From Tubiluchus corallicola (lineage: Eukaryota; Animalia; Priapulida), in contig JAQGDQ010000209.1 of NCBI GenBank assembly GCA_030141605.1, forward strand, positions 186,001 to 250,000: a stretch of DNA of 64,000 nucleotides. Reading direction: 5' to 3'. Below are positions 1 through 13,800 of the stretch, in pieces. Made by a program: the position numbers and the translations under genes. Under the pieces are notes generated by a model. That model did not search any database and was not told the DNA's origin. It saw nothing but the letters and a program-made list of their open reading frames with translations. Numbering within the stretch: the stretch's first letter is position 1; every line of letters starts with the position of its first letter.

Positions 1-2182
1 TAAACTAATGTATTTTAATAAGATTATTCAAATCAAAGATATGAAAGATGCTTTAATAAAATTCTATTTGTCACAGCTGAAAAATCCTGATAAATCGGTC
101 ACGTCGGTCAGTCAAACTGGTCATTAATTATTATCCGCAGATGTATTCTGCTTACATATAATGACAGGAATCATAATTTAAGGAAACAAATTTATCTTTT
201 TTATTTATATTATCCGTCCCATTTATTTTTCCTATCATTTGTATTCGTATTGTTGTTTATTATTTTGTGTGTGCTTTCTGTTTAGAAACCATGGTTGTTT
301 ATATTAAGTGTTTTATATTGTGTTGTGACATTTTTCACTGTTTTTATACTTGATTAAGTAGAAGGGCTTTGATCTTGTAGGTTAATAACTCAAACATTAA
401 TATTAATGAGTGTGTTAATATCAACAAAACTGTTAATAAATTTATGATATTGTTAATACTCTTATTATTAAAAATGCTGTCAGACGTGTGTATTTATATT
501 TATCTCGTAAAATACTCTGGGCACAGCTTTTTATTTTTGTATTTTAGCTGACAATTATATTTTTATAGATCGTCCAACATAAGTCATTTTATTTTGTATT
601 TGCGTGTAAACCGTTTCATTTGTTACTCTTATTAAAGTCACAGATGTGGTTGTTGTCATTGTCGTGTTGTTGCTGCCTCCTCAATGTGCAGAACTGCCAA
701 TTGTTCTGGCCAACTGTAAAGAAGCCCAAAATGTCATTAGAGTCAAAATGAGTTTCTATGGTCCATTCATACAGCTACTACTGAAGGCGGAAGTTTCCTT
801 TAATGACCTCGAAGGTCAAAAAAACTACCAAATTACCTATTTTCTGCAACTGTAAGGGTCGAATGATCCCTCAGTTTAGTGGAATTTCCCACCAAAACTA
901 TTCGAATTATATGTTACTGAGCTCATTATTTACAGGAAAGATCAATTTTCACTGCCCGTCTCAACCGCAAAATGCTAAAGAGTTTTAATCACAAAATTTT
1001 GCTTTGCCTTCTTGAGAGATTCGACGTGATGCACTACAAAGGAGCTTTGCAAACGCCAACAACAATTTTAACTTTGTGTAGACCCGCGTCTTAAGACTCT
1101 CGCAAAAATTCTTGTTTGAGATTAGAAGATTGTTATTACAGTAGTACGATATATTTTGCTCAGTGCGTGCTTTTTGTGCAATTTATAGTTAAATGATATT
1201 ATAATTTATTGTAGGTTGTGTTTTGTAATTGCTTCTTTCTTGTCGCTTTAAACGTCTGTGACCAATTGTCATCACAGATTTTTGTAATAAAAATTTGATT
1301 TTATTCAGGAAATCGTTTTCGTTTTGAATAGTTTATGCAGAAGAGATATATATATATATATAGGCCTTCATTAGAAACCGATCCATCGAGTCAGTACCCT
1401 AGCAGTCCGAAGGTAGTCTGCGTAGCAAAATATTTTTGCTTATTTCAGTTAATTAGCGATATAATTTTTTGACAGATTCTGCATCAGTACTTGGCTAGAT
1501 TACCGAACCAGTGCGCCTGTCCTTGATATGTGTTCGCTGGCTGATTTTAACAATTTGCATGTAATAAAAGAACAAAAGGTCAAAATGTCTTTTAAATCAA
1601 AACTAATTTTTATATTTCACCAGAGCTTTCGTTCATCACAGTCTTCATAAGCTAGAATCAAATTGATGTAGCATCTTGATTATTTTTGTGATTTAAAGAG
1701 CATTTTGCCGCCTTTTGTTTTTTTACGACAGTGAAAGTCTCAGAAAAAGCATTTTATTTTTAACTTATTTGTACGTAACTTCACAACGTGAAACAAACAA
1801 AGTCACGTTACCCATAACCGTCTACGAACGTCAAAAAGTTTCACCCAGAGTACGTTAAGATAAATTGTATCTAATAATAGTATTACAAGAATCTAGCTGT
1901 CCCTTTTCGAATTTATTTCAATGAGAAAAAAGATAAAAACTAATGAACAGAAAGTAAAGAAGCAATAGATATAAATATTTTCAAGCAAAAAGTATAAGAA
2001 TTAAACAGTAAAAAACCGAAAATGCCAAATATCTACCAATAATATCGAACATTCCCAAAGTGGTGCACATCATTGATGACTAGTTACAGTATATAGTGGC
2101 TAAAACCCACACAAAGCTTAATCTAGGCATTTTATGAATCAAACGATTTATCATAAGAACATATCTTATCAATCCCTAACCT

Positions 2183-5024
2183 TCACTGTCTTCCCTTTTT
2201 CTTTCCCCGCTTTTTTTGTGTACCACCAGCAGCATCCTGTCGTTTATTTCCCTTCTTTCTTTTTTTACCACCACCAGTTCCTTGCCTATTTTTCTTCTTT
2301 CTCTGTCTGCCACCAATAGCACCTTCTTGTCTAGTACCACCAGTGCCTCTAAGCAAACTTCTTTGAAAACCTCTTCTGACGTCACGGCTGGTACCTGTTT
2401 GGCGGCCTCTGTCCGTTCCTGCAAAGAGATTTCTTTCCGAGCCTCTTCTGAAACTTCTGCCAGTACTTGATGCAGATCCTCTCTTTTTGCCCCTTCTTCT
2501 CAATTTACGTCTGCCCACCTGTTCAACTTCATTCGCTGCGTCAACAGAAGCGCTCTCTGCCTGTCCAATGGGTTCTGCTGCAGTTGCTGTTGTAGCATTT
2601 GATGACCCGCTGGGTTCTGCTGCTGTTGCTGTTGTGGCATTTGATGACCCGCTGGGTTCTGCTGCTGTTGTGGAATTTGATGGGCCACTGGGTTCTGCTG
2701 CAGTTGCTGTTGTAGCATTTGATGACCCGCTGGGTTCTGCTGCTGTTGCTGTTGTAGTATTTGATGACCCGCTGGGTTCGGCTGCTGTTGCTGTTGTAGT
2801 ATTTGATGACCCGCTGGGTTCCGCTGCTGTTGCTGTTGTAGCATTTGATGACCCACTGGGTTCTGCTGCTGTTGTGGAATTTGATGGCTCGCTGGGTTCC
2901 GCTGCAGTTACTGTTGTAGCATTTGATGACCCGCTGGGTTCTGCTGCTGTTGTGGAATTTGATGGCTCGCTGGGTTCCGCTGCAGTTGCTGTTGTGGCGT
3001 TTGATGGCCCGCTGGGTTCTGCTGCTGTTGCTGTTGTGGCATTTGATGACCCGCTGGGTTCTGCTGCTGTTGTGGAATTTGATGGCCCACTGGGTTCTGC
3101 TGCAGTTGCTGTTGTGGCGTTTGATGGCCCGCTGGGTTCTGCTGCTGTTGCTGTTGTGGCATTTGATGACCCGCTGGGTTCTGCTGCTGTTGTGGAATTT
3201 GATGGCCCACTGGGTTCTGCTGCAGTTGCTGTTGTAGCATTTGATGACCCGCTGGGTTCTGCTGCTGTTGCTGTTGTGGCATTTGATGACCCGCTGGGTT
3301 CGGCTGCTGTTGTGGAATTTGATGGCCCACTGGGTTCTACTGCAGTTGCTGTTGTAGCATTTGAAGACCCGCTGGGTTCTGCTGCTGTTGCTGTTGTGGA
3401 ATTTGATGGCTCGCTGGGTTCCGCTGCAGTTGCTGTTGTGGCGTTTGAAGACCCGCTGGGTTCTGCTGCTGTTGCTGTTGTAGCATTTGATGACCCGCTG
3501 GGTTCTGCTGCAGTTGCTGTTGTGGCGTTTGAAGACCCGCTGGGTTCTGCTGCTGTTGCTGTTGTAGCATTTGATGACCCGCTGGGTTCTGCTGCTGTTG
3601 CTGTTGTAGCATTTGATGACCCGCTGGGTTCTGCTGCTGTTGTGGAATTTGATGGCTCGCTGGGTTCTGCTGCAGTTGCTGTTGTGGCGTTTGATGACCC
3701 GCTGGGTTCTGCTGCTGTTGCTGTTGTGGCATTTGATGACCCGCTGGGTTCTGCTGCTGTTGTGGAATTTGATGACCCGCTGAGTTCTGCAGCTGTTGTG
3801 GAATTTGATGGCCCACTGGGTTTTGCTGCTGTTGTAGCATTTGATGGCCCGCTTGGTTCTGCTGCTGTTGCTGTTGTGGCATTTGATGACCCGCTGGGTT
3901 CTGCTGCTGTTGCTGTTGTAGCATTTGACGACATCGTGTCTCCTGGGGCTGTAGCCTGCCTCTCATACCGGTGCCTCAAGGATAACAGCTGCTACAAAAA
4001 GTGTTACTTTCGTTAAAACAAAAGCATTTTGTAAACTCAAAAAGTGTTAAAAGTCATCAACAGGGGAAGCCAGAGAATCCCGATTAGAAGTCTGATTATG
4101 CTCCTGTAAACCTTAACAAATTAAGCACAGATTTACTTAACCACAATACTCTGAAATTGAAGGCTCTTGGCACACAGAGGAGGAATTTCAAATCTGAAAC
4201 GAAAATTTCAGTCAGGGACTCGGGGACAGAAAAGGAAGTATTTTAGCCCGCTCGAGAACGAATATCAAAGTAGGAAACAATGTAGGCCTACACTATGACA
4301 CATTAAAATAAAGATTTTTTCATTTGATTTCTGTTAAAAATAAGTGTACTAAGTTTCATAAGTTGTTCCGATTACTACTGTAAAATAAAATGATTGTTCA
4401 AAATCACGGAATGATTGAGGAAACCAGGGATCGCAAGGAAAACCAGGGTTAACGAAGGCAGGACTCTGTAAAGTGCTGTTCTAGAGCTGATTCGCATTAA
4501 ACAAGCTTAACCTTGAAAAATATTAGAATTTAGAATCTAGAAATTATATGTCGGCGTATTGTCACATTGGCGTGAAAGAAGCTGCAGGTGTATTTGAGCT
4601 GATATTTTATTGCAACCTGACCTTGGTCATAGGTTAAAGATCAAACAGGTGACATGTTGGGAATGTCACTGCTCTTGATTGGTGCACCTGATGCAATTCT
4701 CACAGTTTTGTAGCCGGCGTCTTCTAGAGCTTAGCAACTGACAGCTATTACTCAAAATGGGCTTCTAAACTCCGGCATGTCACACTCACACGTGATTCCA
4801 GATTACAGAAAAATGACTATTAGTCGTTGAAAAAAGTTGGAGGATAGTAAACAGCACTATGAACAGACAGTTTGCAATACATTTTAGTATACATACTAAA
4901 CATTTTAGTATTTTTAATTACTTACTGCATCCAATTCATCCCACTGGATTCTTTCTGCAAAACAAGAATTCCATGAGGCGAGAAAAATCATCAGAAGCGT
5001 CTGCATCTTTCTCAGACCAAGCAT
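2183..5024 (-). CDS. Secreted mucin/proteoglycan-like tandem-repeat protein (~635 aa) with signal peptide and Arg/Lys/Gly-rich C-terminal tail; 2 coding exons
   Basis: Exon 1 (5024-4926) starts at gccATG and encodes MLGLRKMQTLLMIFLASWNSCFAERIQWDELDA, a signal-peptide-like sequence, ending at a phase-0 GTAAG donor. Exon 2 (3991-2183) follows a TTTTTGTAG acceptor and joins in frame to the 598-aa ORF of SSNATTATAAEPSG repeats, the basic tail and the stop. Confidence 0.8.
2570..3930 (-). repeat. Coding minisatellite, ~35 units of 42/36 bp (SSNATTATAAEPSG / PSNSTTAAEPSG)
   Basis: Directly visible tandem array; 120-bp (42+42+36) higher-order periodicity around 2940-3300. Confidence 0.95.
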
Positions 5025-5761
5025 GGCGGACGTCTTCGGTAGCCCTCAGGGAAGACCTTTTACGCTTGAAGATATCAGTTACTTACTGCGGAGCTTGGAG
5101 CTTTTAATCAGACTGCAAGTTACTCACGGAGTGTAATAGGCATTCAACAATCAGGAAATGAATCTATAAGCAATCTTATTCTGATTGAATATTACAAGCA
5201 GTCAAGCTGTTACAAGCCCACAATATTCATAAGTAGAGGGGCGGTGCTGCTGGTATGAATATTTCCTAGTATTTAATTAACGGAACTTTTATAGTTGAAA
5301 GCATAATTCAATGTGAATGCGATTATTTTGTTTTTAATAAAAGGAAAATTTTGTTCAGGTATTATGTGCTAGACGCAAAAACAGGCCTAAATTCTTTAAT
5401 CAAAAAAATATATGTGAATAATTATGACTCGTGTTTCACTCATTTCAATTATTATTAGACGGGCCTTCAGTCACACGTGCCTCAACACCTGCGTTAGTTT
5501 GCGTGTGCGTGAATCATTCTTGCACATGAATTCTGAATTAAAAAGGTAAACCTAGTCCTACAGGTAAGGTGATAATCGTTCTTAAACATCGCTAAAGATG
5601 CTCAATTATTATTTAACTTGCGCTGCTATTTTACGAACTGATTCCATGAACCCTTCTTTTATGACTTTCATTTGTGCCTTGTTCGTTCTTTACAATGTCA
5701 GCTTCGGAACATAAACAACCCTAAATTGCCAGTCGTACTAGTAATATAAAGCAATCCCTGT

Positions 5762-5826
<65 letters not shown>
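5762..5826 (+). repeat. (CT)n microsatellite
   Basis: Near-perfect CT dinucleotide run. Confidence 0.95.
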
Positions 5827-5831
<5 letters not shown>

Positions 5832-7884
5832 CGTGCTTAAACATAGCACTAATGTACATACTCATAAAGTCCTTTTCTTATGTTCATTCTGGCTTGCACT
5901 AAATGTGACAGCTGAAATTATGTTCCCTAACTACTAACCTACCTTTATTTTCTTATTACATTGTGGTGAAATAAAAATACTTTTCACATTTTATCACTAT
6001 TAATTTCGATTACATGACTGCACACACAAAGCTTCTTCTTATACAACGCCTTCTGGGTACTAAGTAATAAACAGTATTTCTATGTAAATAAGCTATTACA
6101 CTATTGTCACATTTTTACCCACAAAACACCGAATATTCGCAGTGACTGATTCGCCGTCATAAATTTCACACACAGCGAAAGTTTAAAAACTGGTGATCAG
6201 TTGTGTACAAACTAAAAACTGGTGTGCTCGCTTAGGTTCAATAAAGGAATAAGATTCGCCACATGTGATGCCCTTGTTCGATGAAGATAACGCTAAGGTA
6301 CGTTTCTTCTTTTTATAACTTTTAACATGTTATTATTTGACTTGCTAATATAGGTTAATTATATCACGAAACTAAACGTTTGTTTTCTGTGGTAGACTGC
6401 GAAGTTGTGACAAATATGTTAGTAGTCTCACAATCAATAGTTTAGCGAAATCTATCAACCAATCATCAATTTATTTGGTACATATATGGTACATAGGAAA
6501 CAAAAGACAATTAAAATTAACATTATATTTAAAAGATTATGCAACGAACTAATTAAGAGAACATGTGTTACAATTACAATTACAATTACATGTAATAAAC
6601 TACAAAAATTACAGTATACCTAAAAGAAGAAAATAATAAATAGAAATTAAGCACTTATGTGTGGAAGGCCTTGCTCATTCCCCCAGCTATAACAGATTTA
6701 TACCAGTGGATCCATGTTGGACAATAATTGTAAATGTAATGTCACTTAAATTCAGCAATTACGTTTGTATTAAATAACTACTCTTGCTATTTGTCTCGTT
6801 ATTAATTTGGCATGTCACTTATAACAATTCCATCGTAAGTTGTCAAATAACATCATTTTGTTATTGATTAATTTGCGAGGTCTAATGCCGTGAACTCATC
6901 TAATAGAGTGCCATCTATAAAGACAAAGTACAACGCTCAGCGCACAAGTACTTGCTTCAAACACGTAAAATAACAGGTGTAAGATCTAAATGGAATAAGA
7001 AATTCGATTGACATAGTTTTAGCATGTATCTGAAGACGTGTAACGTGACAGCTAGTCGTTTTCGAGCTGACCAGTCCAGGTAAAATGACCATTACTTGAT
7101 CTTTCTCGAGTCTGTAGTGTACATCGCCTACAGCTATAGCTGATTGTGTCACAGAACTTCTCAATCAGAGAAATAAAACGCCCTTGAAAAACCAGTAACA
7201 TAAAGCGATGAGACTTTCGTGAAAACACCATATTTATAGAAGCAGACGTAGCATCAAAGTCTCAGCTAGACAATAAGTAGAAAATGAAAACCCATTTGTT
7301 TTACAGAAATTATTAGTTATTTATACTCTCATATAATGTACTATCACAACCAGAGACTAGGTACCTTTTATACAAATATTATATTATAATGATTATATGT
7401 AATTTCAGATAAACACTGAAAATAAAATAAAGGCGGAGTTCAATAAATGATTTTACGTCCACTGCCTAACTGCTTTGAAAAAATATCAGAATCGGTCTTT
7501 CGGTCCAAATTTGCCACGAAATGTGTTTTCTTTTGTAGAAAATACGGAAAGCACGTGGCACTGTAATTTTTTTAAATAAAAATAAAGAAACTCCTGTATT
7601 TTTAGACAAACAAAACAAAACGGAAAGCAAACGTATATGATCAAAAATTGCTGCATAGATTTAGATTTTTTCTAAATTATTATATATATTATATATTAAA
7701 TTATTATAATTATTTCTAATAATTATTATATATAGATTGTAACTCATAAACTTTAAATTTGCTATCACAGGACTTCAAACGTGTGTTGAAGAGCTGAGTC
7801 ACGCTCAGCCAATTTTCCATCCTGTATAAATGTTTTGTAGCAAATAGATACAAAATTATAAATAAGAGTATTAGTTTCTGACTC

Positions 7885-10800
7885 CTACAGCTCTGGAGGA
7901 TAGCATCTTTTGGCACGCTTTACTAATATCCAGTTCTTGCAACAAGAATAACCTTTTTTGTTCATGATGCAAGGTATTTGAGGTCCAGCTTCAGGGCAAG
8001 GTTTGGTATCGACACTGAGACCGCTGAAATTAAAAATTATAACGCAGTTTTAAACATTAGGCTGAAAAGATAATAAAAGGAGTGTACAAGTATGAAAAGT
8101 TAAAAAGATGACAGATGGGGAATATCCAGGAACAAATTCCTCACACAATTTAAATACCCGAATCTTTACCCTTACGGTGACCCTAACCTTAACGATAATC
8201 CTAATCCGCATCACGAACTAATTCTTTGTGTGGGGGAAGTGTAAGCTTTAGCCTACTTTTCGTGGAAGGAATCGGGGCTGAAAGTTCATCTCTGACTTTC
8301 TTTAATCAAAAAATTTCAAGGTGAACATTTAAGGACGCCATTCAAGCATCAGTTTTTCCATATTGCCATAATAGCACAATGACACAGTAGGTTTAAGTTT
8401 CCCTGCAGTTTGCTATTTATATATATATATTATAAAGAGCATAAGTATGTTACTTTTCTTTTTGAAGAATGCATATAGGGATGCGCCAGTCCAGGCACAG
8501 AAACGCCAAAAATCAGCATTAAACTGTGCGATGGACCTGCAATTTATTAAAAAAATAATAGATCACAGAAACTGCTTAAAAACGAACGTGCTAAAGATTA
8601 TTTACTATTTAGGCAAAGTGAAAAAATTAGATTTATGAGGACTGAAAATTTACAAAGACTCAAATTACTACCTTATGATTCCAAGCAATTTCTGAAAATT
8701 TTAAATTATTAAGTAACTATTAAAGTAGATAGCGACTTGCATTTACTGATAACAACTTTGGTTTGACAATACAACTAATGACTGTTAAATTATAATAAAA
8801 TCAACAAAGCAATTCAAGTATCACTAAACTGCATGATCAGTATGGCGACAACAGAAAATCTGACCATGTGTAAAAAGAACAGGTGTGATTGGTAGATGAC
8901 GTGTACTACTAAACTAAAGCTTAGGTCACATGACTAAGACTGGCTTCGTTTCAAACACTTTAAGGTCTACAAGTGCACAAACAAATAATTATACAAGATT
9001 AAATTAAATTGCTTGACAGTGACAGTATATATTGTCAGTTTCACAGTGAGGAAGAACTACGTAATAAACTTCAAAATACTTGCTATTTGAATTGTTTGTT
9101 ATTTATTTATTTAATGCTTATAATACAGAGCCATGTGTTCGACTATTAAATATGTAGTCTATGTTTTATCATATCCTACCTGCAGCTTCCTTCTAAGCAT
9201 GCTCGAGATCTCACGTAGGATTTGCAGCCACACCTTCCTTTACAACTAGATGACCACTCATTCCACAAGCCCCATCGAAAATCCTCAACTTTACTTTGAT
9301 GTAGCTGATCCAAACTTGCCTCTTGAGCTCTGCTTGTCCGCATTAGCTTAATATAGCGAGAATTAATCTGTTTTAAGTCGGACAATTTCGACTTACCATT
9401 TTTCATGGCAAGAGCATCAAATTTGTTAGTAGTAGATGTCAATGTTTGTTGTTTTGTTGTGGCTGAACTGGCTACTGTTCTTATTGTAGTTGGCTGTAGC
9501 TTAATATCTTTGGTTTCGAAATTTGATATTGTAGTTTTTGCAGGAAGATTAGACGTTGTTGTTGCAGTAGAAAGTGAAGTTGGAATTGTTGTGGTAGTAA
9601 TTACTGGCGAAACAATTATTGCTGTCCTAGGTGGTGATGTGGTGGTAGTTCTTTTTATATTATGCCTGTTTACAATAGATAACGGTGTTCTAATTGTGGT
9701 AATTGCAGGCATTGGTATAGCGGAAGTTAGTTTAGTAGGAATGGACTTTGCAGTTGTAGTATTACCTGATGCCATAGTTGTTGCAGTAGTAAGCAGTGAT
9801 GTGATCATTGTTGTAGCTTCAGATAATGGTGTAGTAGTTGCTGTTGTTGTATGCACTGATGTGGTAGAACTAGGTGTTGCTGTGGGCATTGATGTAGGCA
9901 TTTTTTTTGTAATAGATGATGATACTGTATTTTTCGCAGTAGTACTAGGTATAAGTGTGGTAATTGCAGGTGTGGTTGGTGGCGCTGTCTGAGCTATAGT
10001 TGGTCCAGTAAAAGTTACCATAGAGGTAATTTTTGCTAATGCAACTGGGATTGTTGCTGTCGACGTGGTGGAAACATCAAAAGCTGAGATTTTTCCTTCC
10101 GGACGAATCTTTAAAACGTGTTTTAGGGGATGATCGTCTGATGAATTTGGATGAACAGCTGAAAAGGAAAATGAGTTGTAATTGCTGCAACTCTGTCCAT
10201 TCAAGAACATATGATATATAGCGTTTGGGTTTATATGGCTATGGACAGTTGCATAATGTGACTTCCTGATTTTTTAGACAGTGATCCAAGTAGTATAATT
10301 TAGTGATGAATCTGATTTGTTCTTTCACATTAGTATGCAAAAGTTGCAAGAATGTGACGTATCATACAAAAATATCATAGAAACATAAACGCGGGGAGGT
10401 TTTAACTGTAAGTGTAACTGGAAATAGTTAGCTGCAGGATCATATAAACTGGATAATTGTATTAATGGCGTTAGAATTGTTTAAACACTTTGGTTTATCC
10501 GTAATAAAGTGTCACAGCACAAAATTAGGCCTTTTACTACGTTTTTCTTACCGGCAACCTCAATAACAACTTTTGAGTCAAAATCAGTATTAGAATTTAG
10601 TTCTAGCAGTAGCTCATTGTAGTCAGATTCAAGATTTTTCCTTCCGTCAGGTAGGACTTCCCTATTCCCGCATAACCTGCAAAACAAGCAAAACATGACC
10701 CATGTAATTTAATTTGATATTTTTTTCCTGCAAGTCACGGTTTATTTAACAAAGTACAAAATTTACAGTCAATTTACAATGAAATTTTCATGCTTGCTTA

Positions 10801-13800
10801 CTTAAAGTACTTACTTAATTTAATAGGGAAGAGGGAGAAAGGCAATTTTAAAGTGTGTACCAAAAAAATTCCACAGACATATATTAATTACATAACATTT
10901 CCACAAAGTATTACACAAAGTTATATTACTCAGCATTATGCTTACTTGCTTGAAAGGTTTATGTAACTTGAAAAGAAAATTCTTAATAATTTAAAATGTT
11001 CGCGCCAACTTTTAAACTGTTACTGACTCACTTTCCCAGTGTGCACCAGTGACTCACTAAAAACGTATTCTTAATCTTATTGACAATATAAAGTAATTTG
11101 CGCTTTTGCTTAGTTGTGAAGTGTGCGCTACGAATATTCTGATTATTTTTTCAAACTTTACTCAATGTTATCTAAACTTGTTTCAAACGGCTTACCGTCA
11201 AAATGGCTGCGTCTAACTGTCTTCAAACTTCAATCTTCAAACCAGTCATCAAACTTTAACATTTTGAGTTGAATCTATATTTGACAACGATAATCTATAA
11301 CCATTGAACCTATGTAGTTTTAATTCTCTCTTTGCAGAATTAATCCAAATCATTATATCACTGTCTCAACAACAAAAATTTACGGTTTCTCATTCTTTCA
11401 TTTATTCTGTATTTTTTGTGCGAAATTTATGTTATATTTACTGTTCTGTTCAGCTCGTTAATTGGTACAGCTAAAATACGCTTAAGTTGAAATAATTGTA
11501 AAATAGTCTATTTTATTTAGGCCGTTAATCTTAAATTTCAAAAAACTGAGTCTCCCTGTGTACTCTTATTCGTTTTGTTTTAAGGACAGCAGGGAGTCAT
11601 ATGACTTTTGTTTATTGCTTAAATCCCGTCTTAAAATAAACCATTACTTACTTACTTACGTTGAGCTATTTTATTAAAACTGGGCATATTAAAACATGAG
11701 TTTTAAAAAGCTATCCGACAGCCTATACTTGCGGCAGAAAACCTTTTACTTGCATAACGCTAAAAAATCGTCTTTAAATTTTATATCACGTACATAATGC
11801 CTTATCGCGCACAGAGCTTGTATTAGCAACAACGCTGTCTGAAAATGTGAAAACTTGAAAATTCCAGCGAAGACGGTTAGGTGTACCCATTTTGATGGTA
11901 GGTCGTTTGAAACAAGTTTAGATAACACTGCGCAAAGTTTGAAAAATTAGTCAGAACATTCGTAGTGCACAGGCACACTTAATTAACTAAGCAGAAGCGC
12001 AAATTACTTTATATTGTCATTAAGATTAAGATTACGTTTTTGGTGACCAAGTGGTGCACACTGGGAAAGTGACTCAGTGACCGGTTAAAAGCTGGCCCGA
12101 GCCTTTTAAGTTATTAAGAATTTTCTTTTCAAGTTACATAAGTCTCTCAAGCAAGTAAGTGTAATGCTGAGTAATATAACTTTGTGTAACACCCCACTTT
12201 ATGGAAATATTGTGTGATATAAGTTTGTGGATTATTTGTCTCTTTAAAATTGCCTTTCTCCCCCTTCCCTTTTAAATTTTAGCAAAACGTCATATGCGAG
12301 ACGTTGACAAGAAAAAAGAAACATAATACCAGGAAGCTCTCTGACTGCAGTGTAATGGGAAGTCCTTTGAATCGCAAAAAAAATTTTGTTGTTGCTGAAG
12401 CGCAGTGTGAGATTTGTCATTGAAGAAGATTTTGAAAATAAAATATGTGCAGTAATTACTGCTGATGAAAAGGCAAACACTATGGATGCAAAGCACTTAC
12501 AGGTTAAAGAGCAGCATGTCCACAAATTTCATGCTTTTCTGTACAAAAACAGTGACAAAAGAAGGTCCTGGATAGTGCTTTACTGGCTGGCGAATTTTAT
12601 AACGTTGAAACTAGAAACTCCAATTTGAGGTATACTATAGCAGAGCCAACGTATCTAGAACTGCTGAAGTTTCTTTTATCAGTGAGAGCAAGCGCGTGCA
12701 ACGAACTAGTCCAAATAGAAAGTGGATATCCTTCATTTAAAGTGTTGATAATATTAATCCAGATTAACGCGAGATTAATATGTGGTCTAAATTGTCTTCT
12801 GAACCGGAGAAACACGAGCTTCTAATGACTACATTGAATATTAGCAGAGCTGTTAACGGGAAGCTATCGAAATGTTTGTATGAATTACCGAGCAACAAAG
12901 CTATTTTTCTAGAAAGGAGTAAGCAAGAGTTGATTGCATCTATAGAAAGAAGTGATTCCACTAAGCGCGTGACGTATAGAATGCTAAACCCAGAATTAAA
13001 GACCCCTACAATTTCCTACGAACTCTTGAACGGCATCCTATTGCTTTTACAAGGCTTCGTCTGCAGTCACATAACTTTCGAATAGAAACTGGACGGTGAA
13101 GACGAGAACCTAGAGAGCGCAGATTGTGTGACTGCAGTGCACTACAAACAGAAGTCCATATTATTAGTGAACGCCCACTAACGGAACAAGTTAGGAATAA
13201 TTGACGTCAAACATATTGGTCTATTGCTCCGCCTCCGCTGTAACGTAAGCACGCTCAGCAGCTTTCGGGACAACAGCTCACGCTGAACAACAACTGTCTC
13301 AACTAAACTAAACTAAACAGCATGACAGCCACAACTAATGTCTAATCAGCAGCTAAACTGATTGCACTTTTTCATAAACACAAATTTGCAGAGCAGCAGC
13401 TATTTTTAAACGAAATGAACACTTCAAGTAGCCAAAATGACTTTTCAATTTAAACAGAATGTAGAGACGAAGTTTCAAAGCACTACAAAATGCAGAGACA
13501 TGAGAATAATAAAGAAACTAACCCAGTTAGCCTTGCTTTACAATAAATGAGCAACAAAAATGTCTCTATTGCCTTTGAACATCCGAACATCATTCATGCC
13601 TGCAATGTATTTTTTCTATGTTAAGTGATCATGTGCTCGTCGGCAAGATTTATTCAGTGTTTGTATTTTCCGTTTGTTAGGCTAAGGAAATGGAATAAAT
13701 TTAATTGTTCCATTCCATAGACGACCCTTATATTGAATGTCCCATAACATAAATTACAATAAATCCGAGTTACATAAATCCCAATGGCATCTTTTAACTA

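Noticed and set aside
2487-4016. 509-aa plus-strand ORF (GSAAVAVVAFDDPL repeats) and minus-strand poly-Gln ORFs
   Set aside because: These are antisense or alternative-frame shadows of the coding minisatellite. Only the SSNATT frame joins a signal-peptide exon and is uninterrupted.
9405-9992. 195-aa Val-rich plus-strand ORF
   Set aside because: Antisense shadow of the Thr-rich mucin exon.
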